Source: Trichodesmium erythraeum IMS101
GTDB lineage: Bacteria; Cyanobacteriota; Cyanobacteriia; Cyanobacteriales; Microcoleaceae
Length of the DNA: 32,000 nt
Direction: 5' to 3'
Assembly: GCF_000014265.1 (NCBI RefSeq)
Contig: NC_008312.1
Span: 1,560,001-1,592,000, forward strand
Part shown: positions 10,225-19,081 of the stretch, in pieces
How the letters are laid out: each line of letters starts with the position of its first letter
How positions within the stretch are numbered: position 1 is the stretch's first letter
Notes under the pieces: model-generated
Databases searched by the model: none
Seen by the model: the letters and a program-made list of their open reading frames with translations, nothing else
What the model was told of the DNA's origin: nothing
Translations under genes and position numbers: made by a program

Positions 10225-10536
10225 TTTCTGGGTAGTTTTGTATATGTAGCGATAAAATTATAGTCAGGCGAAGCGGGCTGTTGTACTTACTCCCTTAAGT
10301 TTGTAATGAGTGATGAATGAAATACGCGCGTAGCCCCTAAATGATTTTTGAACTTTGTTAAAAAGGATAAAGTCTTTCTGACCAACCGGGAAATTATTTG
10401 ATGTCAATTATTATTGAATCATTCATTGGATGGTGAATTTACCTAGTTTTTTTTAGTACATTTAATAAACTGGTAAGCTTGAGGATACTTATTATTGACG
10501 TAATTCTGGATCTATTTTTCTGACACAACTGAAAAG

Positions 10537-10995
10537 CTAGACAATAAAATCAGTTTTATCAATTAAACTGACATCAATACCTGAAATACGAGCTAAAATT
10601 TCCTCAGTCACAGTTACTTTAACCAAAGTCGAATTGTCACGACTAACTATATCTAAGTCAGCAAAACCTATACCTCTTTCTAATTTAATTGTATCTGTGC
10701 CATCTTTAAATCCTTGAATTATGTCTAAACCCATTCCTGGAGAAATAATCAAAGTATTTTTGCTAGCACCACCATTATATCTGTCGTTGCCCAGACCCCC
10801 GTTCCAAGTATCGTCTCCCGCACCACCGTAAAAGGTGTCGTTACCATTTCCTTCATAGAGTTGGTCGTGGTAAAAACCTCCATTGAGGAGGTCATCATTG
10901 TTACCGCCATAAATAATGTCATTCCCCTCACCCTCATCAATGATATCATCTCCATAAGGAAATTTGCTTAAAGAAACATAGACCGCATTCTTATA
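10537..10995 (-). pseudogene. 3' fragment of an RTX-type (hemolysin-type calcium-binding repeat) protein gene, with the 5' part missing
   Basis: One continuous minus-strand frame reads ...YGDDIIDEGEGNDIIYGGNNDDLLNGG..YEGNGNDTFYGGAGDDTWNGGLGNDRYNGG...GFKDGTDTIKLE...DKTDFIV*. It carries GGxGxD nonapeptide repeats. The frame has no start codon and is closed by TAG at 10996..10998. The tracker split it into 10537..10752 plus a wrong-frame ORF at 10749..10955. The IS630-like element begins immediately upstream. Confidence 0.75.
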
Positions 10996-10999
10996 CTAA

Positions 11000-12140
11000 T
11001 TTCATAAACTTAAGCTACACTTTTAGAAGTAACCTATTATAGAAAATGTCCCCATGTCAGGAGTAGTAAAAATTGAGATAAATGAATCGGTAGAAACTCT
11101 CAAAAAACTTTTAAAAAGTGCGAGTACAGCTCAAGAAAAGGAAAGACTTCAAACTATTTACTGGTTGAAAACTCAAACAGTAGAAACAGTAAAAGAAATT
11201 GCGATAATGTTAGGACGCAATCGAGTCACAGTACAAAAATGGTTAGGGAAATATCGTACAGGTGGACTGAATCTTTTACTAGAACCAAAGAAAAATCTAG
11301 GAGGGAGGCCAAGTTCAATTCCACCAAATGTAATCGAGAAATTAGAAGCAGAATTGCAAAACCCGGAAGGTTTCCAAAGCTATGGTGAAATTCAACAGTG
11401 GTTAACGACTTGTTTTGACATCAAGCTGTCTTATCGAACAGTTCATCAATTAGTCAGATATAAATTAAAAAGTAAATTAAAAGTTCCACGTCCAAATCAC
11501 ATAAAACAAAATAAAGAAGCTCAAGAAAACTTTAAAAAAAACTCTCATCTCAACTAGAAGAGAAAATTAAGTTAATTAATAAATATTCGGAAAATCAACT
11601 GCCAATTCGCTATTGGTGTCAAGACGAGACTAGAATTGGATTAAAAACTATAACAGGTAAAGTCATTACTGCTTGCGGTGTTAAGCCCATTGGTTTATAT
11701 CAATGGCTATTTAAATATCTATGGCTTTATGGTTTAGTAGAACCAAAAACAGGAGATTCCTTTTTTTATGAATTTAGTCATCTAGATACTCCTTGCTTTG
11801 AAAGATTTTTAGAGCTTTTTTCTCAAACATATCCTGAAGAGATTCATATTATTCAACTAGATAACGGGCGAGGGCATCTAGGGAATGATTTATCTATCCC
11901 TGATCACATCATTTTATTATTTCAACCTCCTTATTGTCCCGAAGTTAATCCCATTGAAAGACTGTGGAAAGAGGTGAAAAAATTCTTGAAAAATCGAGTT
12001 TTCGATTCCTTAGATTTCTGACGCAGAATCCTGAGAAATATATTAACTGGATTTAGTCAAAAAGATATTGCTTCTTGTACAGGATATGATTTTATTCTTG
12101 AAGCATTATGTGTAGTCGGACTTTAGGAAATTGGTATTAC
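11000..12140 (+). mobile_element. IS630-family insertion sequence, decayed (boundaries approximate)
   Basis: Contains a split IS630-type transposase gene (see 11054..12126). The size of about 1.1 kb is typical. The terminal repeats are only weakly recognisable (CTACAC near 11024 and GTGTAG near 12111), so the ends are uncertain. Confidence 0.6.
11054..12126 (+). pseudogene. IS630-family transposase, split by a frameshift at an A8 run and carrying an in-frame TGA
   Basis: Frame 0 (11054..11557) encodes the HTH part. The -1 frame from the A8 run at 11534..11541 continues KKLSSQLEEKIKLINKYSENQLPIRYWCQDETRIG...IIQLDNGRGH...PPYCPEVNPIERLWKEVK, so the DDE triad is present. TGA at 12019..12021 interrupts ...RVFDSLDF*. 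The frame then stays open to TAG at 12124..12126. Confidence 0.7.
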
Positions 12141-12960
12141 AAACGCTTACAAAGGTTTTCCCCAACTTTGACATAGATACTAGGGAATTTTTCCAGGTTG
12201 TGATTACAATCATGGACTGCTTGCAAAAATTGGTTTTGAGTAATTACCGAACTTAGTACCAGCCTGGTAAACATACATACAATATTCTCATGTTGGGGGT
12301 TGTTTATTAAGGCTTGGCAATTCTCATATTTGGGCAGATGTTTCCAAAAAAAGAAATTCTCAAACATCAGAACCTCTAGATATGATGAAGAAGTTTGCCT
12401 TATTGTTAGGTCACCAAAAAGTCGGCTATCTAATAGCACATAGAGAATTTGTGGGCAAAGAATAGTTTAAATATCTTTCTGGTAATTGGGGGTTTCCTAT
12501 CAGAATTCCTTACACAGACTTAATTGGTGATGGACGCCAATATTTGCCTGGGAACGTGATTTTTAGCAATTTAACCATTGGTGAAATTAGAAGTTTGTCC
12601 AAACATCGTCGTATTTGGAGAATTTCCTGTTTGAGGAATGTGGATGTATGTATCAACTTTGAAGTTGGAATCAGGAGAACTGTTAAATTGTAGTTAGCAC
12701 TCGCCCAGGGTAAATTAGATTCAATATTATAGTCGTCACTGGCAGATAGAAAGGTGGTTTGGTTGCCTTAAAAGAGAAAGTTTTGACCTTGAGTCTACTC
12801 ATATAACTGAACCAGAAAGTATAACTAAAATGAATTTTTATTTACTTTGACACTGTGTTAGGTAGACCGAGTGGGTGTTTGGTTAGATGAGTATCGTCCT
12901 GTGCTGGTCAAAAAACATAGGGGTAAAGCTCAAAGTTTTTTCCATATAGTCTAGATTTTT
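12139..12960 (+). pseudogene. IS4-family (ISY203-like) transposase remnant, with multiple stops and frameshifts
   Basis: Plus-strand frames give ...NILMLGVVY*GLAI..., KKRNSQTSEPLDMMKKFALLLGHQKVGYLIAHREFVGKE*FKYL, RHWQIERWFGCLKRESFDLESTHITEPESITKM and VDRVGVWLDEYRPVLVKKHRGKAQSFFHI. These are the conserved blocks of cyanobacterial IS4-family transposases. They are spread over different frames and broken by stop codons. Confidence 0.7.
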
Positions 12961-13276
12961 GCGTAATATGTTTTTTGATATACCTAGTGAAATAGCTGAT
13001 TTTTGATTTTTTTAAAATTTTTGTCCTGTACTTAGATTTAACCCACACCCCAGACTCTTCTCCTAAAAAAAGAGGGAATAATTTTCCTCCCCAAACCACA
13101 TCAGGAAAGAGAGTTGATTAGACTATATCAAATCCAGTATTATTAGTATAACTAGATAGTTAATTAGGATTCAGTACTTAGAACTCAGGAGTAAGGAAGA
13201 AAGAGAACAGAAGAATATTATGCTAATTGCTGAAGATAAAATATTTTTTTCACACTGAATTAAGCGATTATATATT

Positions 13277-13405
13277 ATATCATGTCCGGTTGAATATTTA
13301 CACCTTTTAGGATATAAGGTAGAAGCTAGATAGCACGAGGCAGAAGGATAGAATTATCGCTTACCACCAGAAAGTTTTTTTATCAATGATTATTCAGGTT
13401 TAATA
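13277..13405 (+). repeat. Copy 2 of the dispersed ~125-bp repeat (see 578..700)
   Basis: The 27-bp core at 13277..13303 matches the reverse complement of 674..700 at 24 of 27 positions. Looser similarity extends about 100 bp. Confidence 0.55.
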
Positions 13406-13638
13406 TTATATTACTTTGTACTTAATATACTTGGAAATATATTGTAGATTTGTGAGCTTACAGCAGCTAAAAGCACACAAATTCTAAACCTGTCTAGGTT
13501 TGTCATTTGCCAAGAAATAATTTACTAAGCTTACAGTAGAATTTATCTAAAATTGCTTAAGGTAGCCGGTTATTATAACCAATTAATCAGACTTATATAT
13601 TAGGTTTTTTTAACCTGTATTTTCAAGTTAGACCTACT

Positions 13639-14759
13639 AATATAGCAATCCCATATTGGTCGCAACAGATATAATAGTAAGAATAACAGATCTAAGAAAA
13701 AGACAAAAAATGAATATTATAGATAAACTAAATGATTTTATTAATCAAACAAAAGAGTCTAAAGAAATTAAAAGGGCCTTGGCCGTAAAAATGACCTTGT
13801 CAGGAAAATCCTACCATGAAGTCAAAGAATTATTAAATGTTTCTCACAGTTTTATTAGTGAATGGAAAAACCAAGCATTATTTCATGGTGTAGAAAGTTT
13901 AAGGCTTCAGTATCAAGGGAGACAAGGTTACTTAAAAACGGTCGAAAAAGAGAAAACAATTGAGTGGTTGAGAGCACAAGATTATCTTAGGTTATCAGAT
14001 TTAAAAAACTACTTACAGGAGCAATATGATGTGGTTTTTGAGTCTAATCAAAGTTACTATAACTTGTTTAAAGAAGCGGGCATAAGTTGGAAAAAAACTC
14101 AAAAAAAGAATCCTGCTAAAAATGATGAATTAGTAGAAGTTAAAAGAAAAGAAATACAGGAATTTTTAGCTAAATGGCAACCAGAAATAGAAACTGGAAA
14201 GCTTACAGTGTTTATGATTGATGAATGTCATCTTCTATGGGGAGACATATTAGGTTATGCTTGGGGAAAAACAGATGAAAGAATAGAAATTGCAATTAAA
14301 AATGAAAAAGAAAGACAGACTTATTATGGAGCTTTAGACTATAAAACCAAGGAATTTCTTGTGCAAGAATATGAGAGTGGAAATACTAAAAATACTATTG
14401 AATTTATTAAATATTTGCAGAAGCAAAGACCGGGCAACAAATTGGCAATATTTTGGGATGGGGCAACTTACCATAACTCTCAAGAATTTCGAGAATATTT
14501 AATGACAATTAATCAATACTTATCAGAAGAAGAATTGTTGATAAATTGTACAAGATTTGCTCCCAATGCTCCGGAGCAAAATCCTGTTGAAGATATTTGG
14601 TTACAAACCAAAAATTTCAGTATTACTTTTTATCATCTTTGCAGTTCTTTTAAAGTAGTTAAGTGGCTATTTAAGTTTTTTGCGGATGGTCAAATATTCA
14701 ATTTCCCAAAACTTTTTCAGTATGAAATTTTGCCGCAACCTACTTAGGATTGCTATATT
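13639..14759 (+). mobile_element. IS630-family insertion sequence, apparently intact
   Basis: A perfect 13-bp terminal inverted repeat is present: AATATAGCAATCC at 13639..13651 and GGATTGCTATATT at 14747..14759. Further imperfect pairing lies inside (GGTCGCAAC versus GGTTGCGGC). The repeats enclose one uninterrupted transposase ORF. Element length is 1121 bp. Confidence 0.85.
13710..14747 (+). CDS. IS630-family DDE transposase
   Basis: N-terminal HTH region, then ...VFMIDECHLLWG..., ...AIFWDGATYHNS... and ...FAPNAPEQNPVEDIW..., which form the D, D, E motifs. The tracked ORF start at 13656 lies in the terminal repeat region, so ATG 13710 (MNIIDKL) is more plausible. Confidence 0.85.
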   Translation: MNIIDKLNDFINQTKESKEIKRALAVKMTLSGKSYHEVKELLNVSHSFISEWKNQALFHGVESLRLQYQGRQGYLKTVEKEKTIEWLRAQDYLRLSDLKNYLQEQYDVVFESNQSYYNLFKEAGISWKKTQKKNPAKNDELVEVKRKEIQEFLAKWQPEIETGKLTVFMIDECHLLWGDILGYAWGKTDERIEIAIKNEKERQTYYGALDYKTKEFLVQEYESGNTKNTIEFIKYLQKQRPGNKLAIFWDGATYHNSQEFREYLMTINQYLSEEELLINCTRFAPNAPEQNPVEDIWLQTKNFSITFYHLCSSFKVVKWLFKFFADGQIFNFPKLFQYEILPQPT

Positions 14760-14816
14760 GTTATACTTAAACTTTCTATTAAAGTTACTCACACACTGTA
14801 TAATTAAATTATCAAT

Positions 14817-15638
14817 ATGCTCCACTTAATTCAGAAACTTTTCATAACAATCCTTTTATTCTTCCTATTTTGCTTTAGTAACCCATCAAATGTGATAGCT
14901 GCCACTCAATCACAAAATATTACCCCTGCTCAATTAGAAGAATTACATAATCTATTTGATCAAGCCTTAAATGCTAGTAATAACGGTGAGTTTGCCAATG
15001 CCGAAAAGTTATGGACTCAAATTATAGAACTATATCCTGACAACCCTGCCATCTGGAGCAACAGAGGTAACATCAGACTGAGCCAAAACAAAATAGAAGA
15101 GGCAATATCCGATTATGAAAAAGCTATAGAAATCTTACCCTTAGCTCCTGATGCTTACCTAAATCGTGGTATAGCTTATGAAAGAATCAAAAAATGGTCA
15201 GAGGCGATCGCGGATTACAATCAAGTCATAGAATTAGATCCAACAGACCCAGTTGCCTATAATAACCGTGGAAATGCAGAAGGAGGACTAGGAAAATGGG
15301 AAAAAGCCACTGAAGATTACAAGAAAGCTTCTGAATTAGCTCCTGAATATGCCTTTGCTCTTGCCAATTATTCTTTAGCTCTTTACCAAATTGGACAAAC
15401 TCAAAAAGCAGTGCAAACCATGAAAAGTCTCGTTCGTAAATATCCTAACTTTGCTGATATGCGGGCAGCTTTAACCGCTTGTCTCTGGGAACAAGGCAAA
15501 CCCGGAGAAGCGGAGAGTAACTGGGTAGCTGCTGTAGGATTAGATCCTCGCTATCAAGACCTTAATTGGGTAACTAATGTTCGTCGTTGGCCACCCACAT
15601 TAATTAATAGTTTGGAGAAATTTATCAAAATAGAATAA
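14817..15638 (+). CDS. Secreted or membrane-anchored tetratricopeptide (TPR) repeat protein
   Basis: N-terminal hydrophobic signal-like segment (ILLFFLFCFSNPSNVIAAT), followed by several 34-aa TPR units (AIWSNRGNIRL..., AYLNRGIAYE..., AYNNRGNAEG..., ALANYSLALY...). Confidence 0.8.
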   Translation: MLHLIQKLFITILLFFLFCFSNPSNVIAATQSQNITPAQLEELHNLFDQALNASNNGEFANAEKLWTQIIELYPDNPAIWSNRGNIRLSQNKIEEAISDYEKAIEILPLAPDAYLNRGIAYERIKKWSEAIADYNQVIELDPTDPVAYNNRGNAEGGLGKWEKATEDYKKASELAPEYAFALANYSLALYQIGQTQKAVQTMKSLVRKYPNFADMRAALTACLWEQGKPGEAESNWVAAVGLDPRYQDLNWVTNVRRWPPTLINSLEKFIKIE

Positions 15639-15769
15639 AATAATTATTAGTATCCCAGACATTTGTCTGGGAAAATATAGCAGAGACCAGGAAAATCAGG
15701 ATATTCTCAAAACCTCCAATTTAGTCCCTGCTAAAAATTTAACTTTGTACCTTCCCGCCTTCTGAATTC

Positions 15770-16003
15770 TTATTGTGGTAACCACCCTGCGCTTAGAAAT
15801 ACAGTTAAACCCATAAACATCACTGACAAAGTCCAAGTAATCCGATTTAAAGTTATCTCTGCAGTCTTAGCGCTGGTAAATAATTGAGCTTGTCCACCAA
15901 TACCACCTATTCCATCGCCTTTCGGGCTGTGTAATAAGACAAATACAATAATACCAATAGCCGATATAATCCAGATAATTTCTGCTAGTTGAACAACATT
16001 CAT
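15770..16003 (-). CDS. secG: Preprotein translocase subunit SecG
   Basis: 77 aa with two TM segments flanking LLHSPKGDGIGGIGGQAQLF, the SecG signature. It lies directly downstream of gpmI, as in many cyanobacteria. Confidence 0.85.
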   Translation of the reverse strand: MNVVQLAEIIWIISAIGIIVFVLLHSPKGDGIGGIGGQAQLFTSAKTAEITLNRITWTLSVMFMGLTVFLSAGWLPQ

Positions 16004-16067
16004 ACTCTTGTTTCTAATGATTTAATTACAGTTCAAAAAATGTACTAATACTTAGTATTGAGGAAGC

Positions 16068-17666
16068 TTATAAACCAACCCGCACAGGAGTACGATTTGG
16101 TTTTAGCTCATACTCTGCCTTCTTAATGATTGACTTTCCAGTCATTTCAGCAGGTTGAGGCAGATTGAGAATTTCCAAAATAGTTGGTGCTATATCTGCC
16201 AAACACCCATTTTCTCGTAGTGGTACTTTTGTACCATGGCCAGGAATTTTGCTAACTTCTCCTTCTATCAGTATAAATGGAACTAAATTTGTAGTGTGAG
16301 CTGTCCAAGGGTTACCATCTTCATCCCACATGTATTCAGCATTTCCATGGTCAGCAATTATTATTGCTGTGCCACCTACTTTACTAATACCCTGTAAAAG
16401 TTTTCCCAGACAATGATCAACTGTCTGAACCGCATTTACTGCAGCATCCATCGCACCGGTATGACCGACCATATCAGGGTTAGCATAATTAATAACAATT
16501 AGAGAATATATTTGCTTTTTAACCGCAGCGATCGCCACTTCTGTCAAATCTTCTGCAGACATTTCCGGTGCTTCATCATAATGACTTACCATTGGACTTT
16601 GAACCAATTCTCGGTCTTCACCCTCAAATGGTTGTTCCAAACCCCCATTAAAAAAGTAAGTTACATGAGCATACTTTTCAGTTTCCGCAGTACGGAACTG
16701 ACGCAGACCATGTTGGGAAATTACCTGTCCGAGAATATTATTAAAATTTTGAGGCTCAAAAGCCACTAAAACTGGAAAACTAGAATCATACTGAGTGAAA
16801 GTCAAAAATGTTAATGGTTGAATTGTTTGGCGTTCAAACCCATTAAAATCTGGAGCTACAAAAGCTTGAGTTAATTGACGGGCACGATCTGGACGAAAAT
16901 TAAAGAAAATTACACCATCTCCAGGTTCCACAGCTCCTGGAGCTACTCTAACTGGGAGCACAAATTCATCTGTTATACCTTCAGCATAAGACTTTTGTAG
17001 TAAATCTGAAGCAGAACAACCCGTTCCATAACCATCCTGAGTCATTACTTCATAAGCTTTTTGAATTCTGTCCCATCGTTTATCCCGATCCATTGCATAA
17101 TAGCGACCACTAACTGTAGCAATTCTACCTATGCCAATTTGATTAGTATGATATTCTATTTGTTTAAGTACATGAAGCCCTGACTTAGGATTTGTATCAC
17201 GTCCATCAGTAATAGCATGAACACAAACATCAGAAATTCCTTTTGCCTTAGCCACATCCAGTAAACCCAATAAATGATTTACATGAGAATGAACTCCTCC
17301 AGAGGAACATAAACCTACTAAATGTAGTTTAGAATTACGCTCTATTACATCTTGACAAATCTTTTTAATAGCTTGGTTTTGTACTATTAAGCCATCTTCT
17401 ATTGCATCAGAAATTCTCACTAATTCCTGAGGAACAACTCGTCCCGCTCCGATATTTAAGTGACCAACTTCTGAGTTACCCATTTGACCTTCCGGCAAAC
17501 CTACTGCTTTCCCAGAAGCTTGAATTAAAGTTCTTGGATAAGCTTGCCAAAGACTATCAATATTAGGTGTTTTACCCACAGCAATAGCATTTCCATATTT
17601 TTCTTCTCGATAACCCCAACCATCTAAAATAATTAGTACAACCGGAGATATAGAACCATTCTTCAT
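16068..17666 (-). CDS. gpmI: 2,3-bisphosphoglycerate-independent phosphoglycerate mutase
   Basis: 532 aa. The motifs VLIILDGWG, GNSEVGHLNIGAGR, ITDGRDT, GRYYAMDRDKRWDR and ADHGNAE are diagnostic of iPGM. Confidence 0.95.
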   Translation of the reverse strand: MKNGSISPVVLIILDGWGYREEKYGNAIAVGKTPNIDSLWQAYPRTLIQASGKAVGLPEGQMGNSEVGHLNIGAGRVVPQELVRISDAIEDGLIVQNQAIKKICQDVIERNSKLHLVGLCSSGGVHSHVNHLLGLLDVAKAKGISDVCVHAITDGRDTNPKSGLHVLKQIEYHTNQIGIGRIATVSGRYYAMDRDKRWDRIQKAYEVMTQDGYGTGCSASDLLQKSYAEGITDEFVLPVRVAPGAVEPGDGVIFFNFRPDRARQLTQAFVAPDFNGFERQTIQPLTFLTFTQYDSSFPVLVAFEPQNFNNILGQVISQHGLRQFRTAETEKYAHVTYFFNGGLEQPFEGEDRELVQSPMVSHYDEAPEMSAEDLTEVAIAAVKKQIYSLIVINYANPDMVGHTGAMDAAVNAVQTVDHCLGKLLQGISKVGGTAIIIADHGNAEYMWDEDGNPWTAHTTNLVPFILIEGEVSKIPGHGTKVPLRENGCLADIAPTILEILNLPQPAEMTGKSIIKKAEYELKPNRTPVRVGL

Positions 17667-17712
17667 AATTTATTACCTATTTATTTATCCTAAATTGGTT
17701 TAATAATTAGCT

Positions 17713-17895
17713 GATCCAGAAGCTTAAATTAAAGTTTTTGGATAAGCGTACAAAAGACTATTTCTATGAGTTATTTTATCCAAAGCAATAGCATCTTCAT
17801 TTTTTTTTCAATAGCTTCAATCATCTAGAATAATTACTATAACTATTACTCATAATTTATTACTTTATTATACCCTCCAAATCAGCTTGATACTG
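17713..17895 (-). pseudogene. Decayed tandem duplicate of the gpmI 5' end (about 50 codons plus ~40 bp of upstream sequence)
   Basis: 17713..~17880 aligns to 17512..~17690 at roughly 75-80% identity with small indels. An example is ccagaagcttAaattaaagttTttggataagc...agcaatagcat...catctaGaataatta...tcataatttattac. The copy retains the ATG (17851..17853 as cat) but hits a stop after 10 codons. Confidence 0.75.
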
Positions 17896-19081
17896 AAAAA
17901 TATTAAAATACTATAATTTGAGCATTTTTTTATCTATTTATTAAAATATAAGTTATATACTTGATTAATCCGTTACTTTTTACTCTAAAATTTTTCTATT
18001 TCCTTATATTAATTTTAATTATTTCAACTAATCATAGGAAAAAATCAATATTTAAACCCCAAAGGTAAGATAAATAAATACTCTGAAATTTTTATAAATG
18101 ATTTAATTTTAGCCACCATTTAGCTATCAGCCATAAAAACCCCCTATTAAAAACGAGGTTTAAATGAATATACAATTCCGGCCTAGAACGCAGCTTTTCT
18201 AGTAATACTAATTATATTATAGTTTAATTAATAAATTTTACTTCTAAAACTATAAAGAATAGTTTATAGCTGACGACTCAATTAGGACAAATTTTGATAT
18301 TGTGGGAATGAAAAACTGAAAAATTTAATTATTAAGGCTACAATTAACTATCATATCAACTATATACAAACTAAACTTAAAATCAAGAAATTATTATTGT
18401 ATTTTATCAGTTAAACAATATTAGCTTTTTGGATATTTAGATATGAATTTGCTCGCTATGAGTGACCTTGAGGTGCAACTTATAAGATAATCAGATGATC
18501 AAAGTGTTTATAAGCAAATCTGGTATCAGGTCTAAACTCCTTCTCTGATTCATCATCTCATTGCCAGACAATTACAAAAATCTAGTACAGTTACTAAAGT
18601 TACTACCTTGAGCGCATCATCAATTAACCTAGAAGAAAGAGAAAAAGTTCTCAAGTGAAACTTAGAAAAGCAGCTAGATTTTGGAAATTCAGGACAAGAA
18701 CCTTAGCCAGTTGTATTAGTTCACCAGGGGTAGACAAATATGTTAAATTATACTTTAAATCTCAATACCAAAACTAATACAAGCAGAATCTTTAGTAGGG
18801 TAATTACTAGATATACAAGGCCAAAAGTTACCAAATATACTTAACTCCTCCTGAAACACAAGCCTCCATTGCTTGGTGCTCAAATACTAAAATAGTACAA
18901 TAGTGGCAAGTGATAATAGTTTCGAAATATACCAATAAGGACATAGAAGAAAGTCACCGACTATTTCAGTATTTGAAATTACAAACTCTGTATTAGATGA
19001 ACGTAGTTGTTAACTTAAACATTGTACAATTGAGCAAAATTATTGCTATCTTATTTAAGATTAGGCTTTTTATAATTGCCA

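Noticed and set aside
10749-10955. Tracked 68-aa ORF (MEMISLMRVRGMTLFM...)
   Set aside because: It is the wrong frame of the RTX-repeat fragment. The frame continuous with 10537..10752 gives clean GGxGxD repeats, while this frame gives Met/Thr-rich nonsense.
12137-12439. Tracked 100-aa ORF on the minus strand
   Set aside because: It lies antisense to recognisable IS4-family transposase blocks on the plus strand (NILMLGVVY..., KKFALLLGHQKVGYLIAHREFVGKE). It has no features of its own.
12908-13099. 63-aa minus-strand ORF. The same applies to the 67-aa ORF at 25734..25937.
   Set aside because: Both sit in AT-rich IS debris or upstream-spacer sequence, with no recognisable motif and no ribosome-binding site. 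They are most likely chance ORFs.
13656-13709. N-terminal extension MVATDIIVRITDLRKRQK of the IS630-family transposase ORF
   Set aside because: The non-ATG start at 13656 lies within the terminal inverted-repeat region of the element. ATG 13710 gives a normal HTH-domain N-terminus.
15654-15671. Hairpin cccagaca-tt-tgtctggg between the TPR gene and secG, as a bidirectional terminator
   Set aside because: The loop is too tight and no T run follows on either strand, so the evidence is insufficient to call a terminator.
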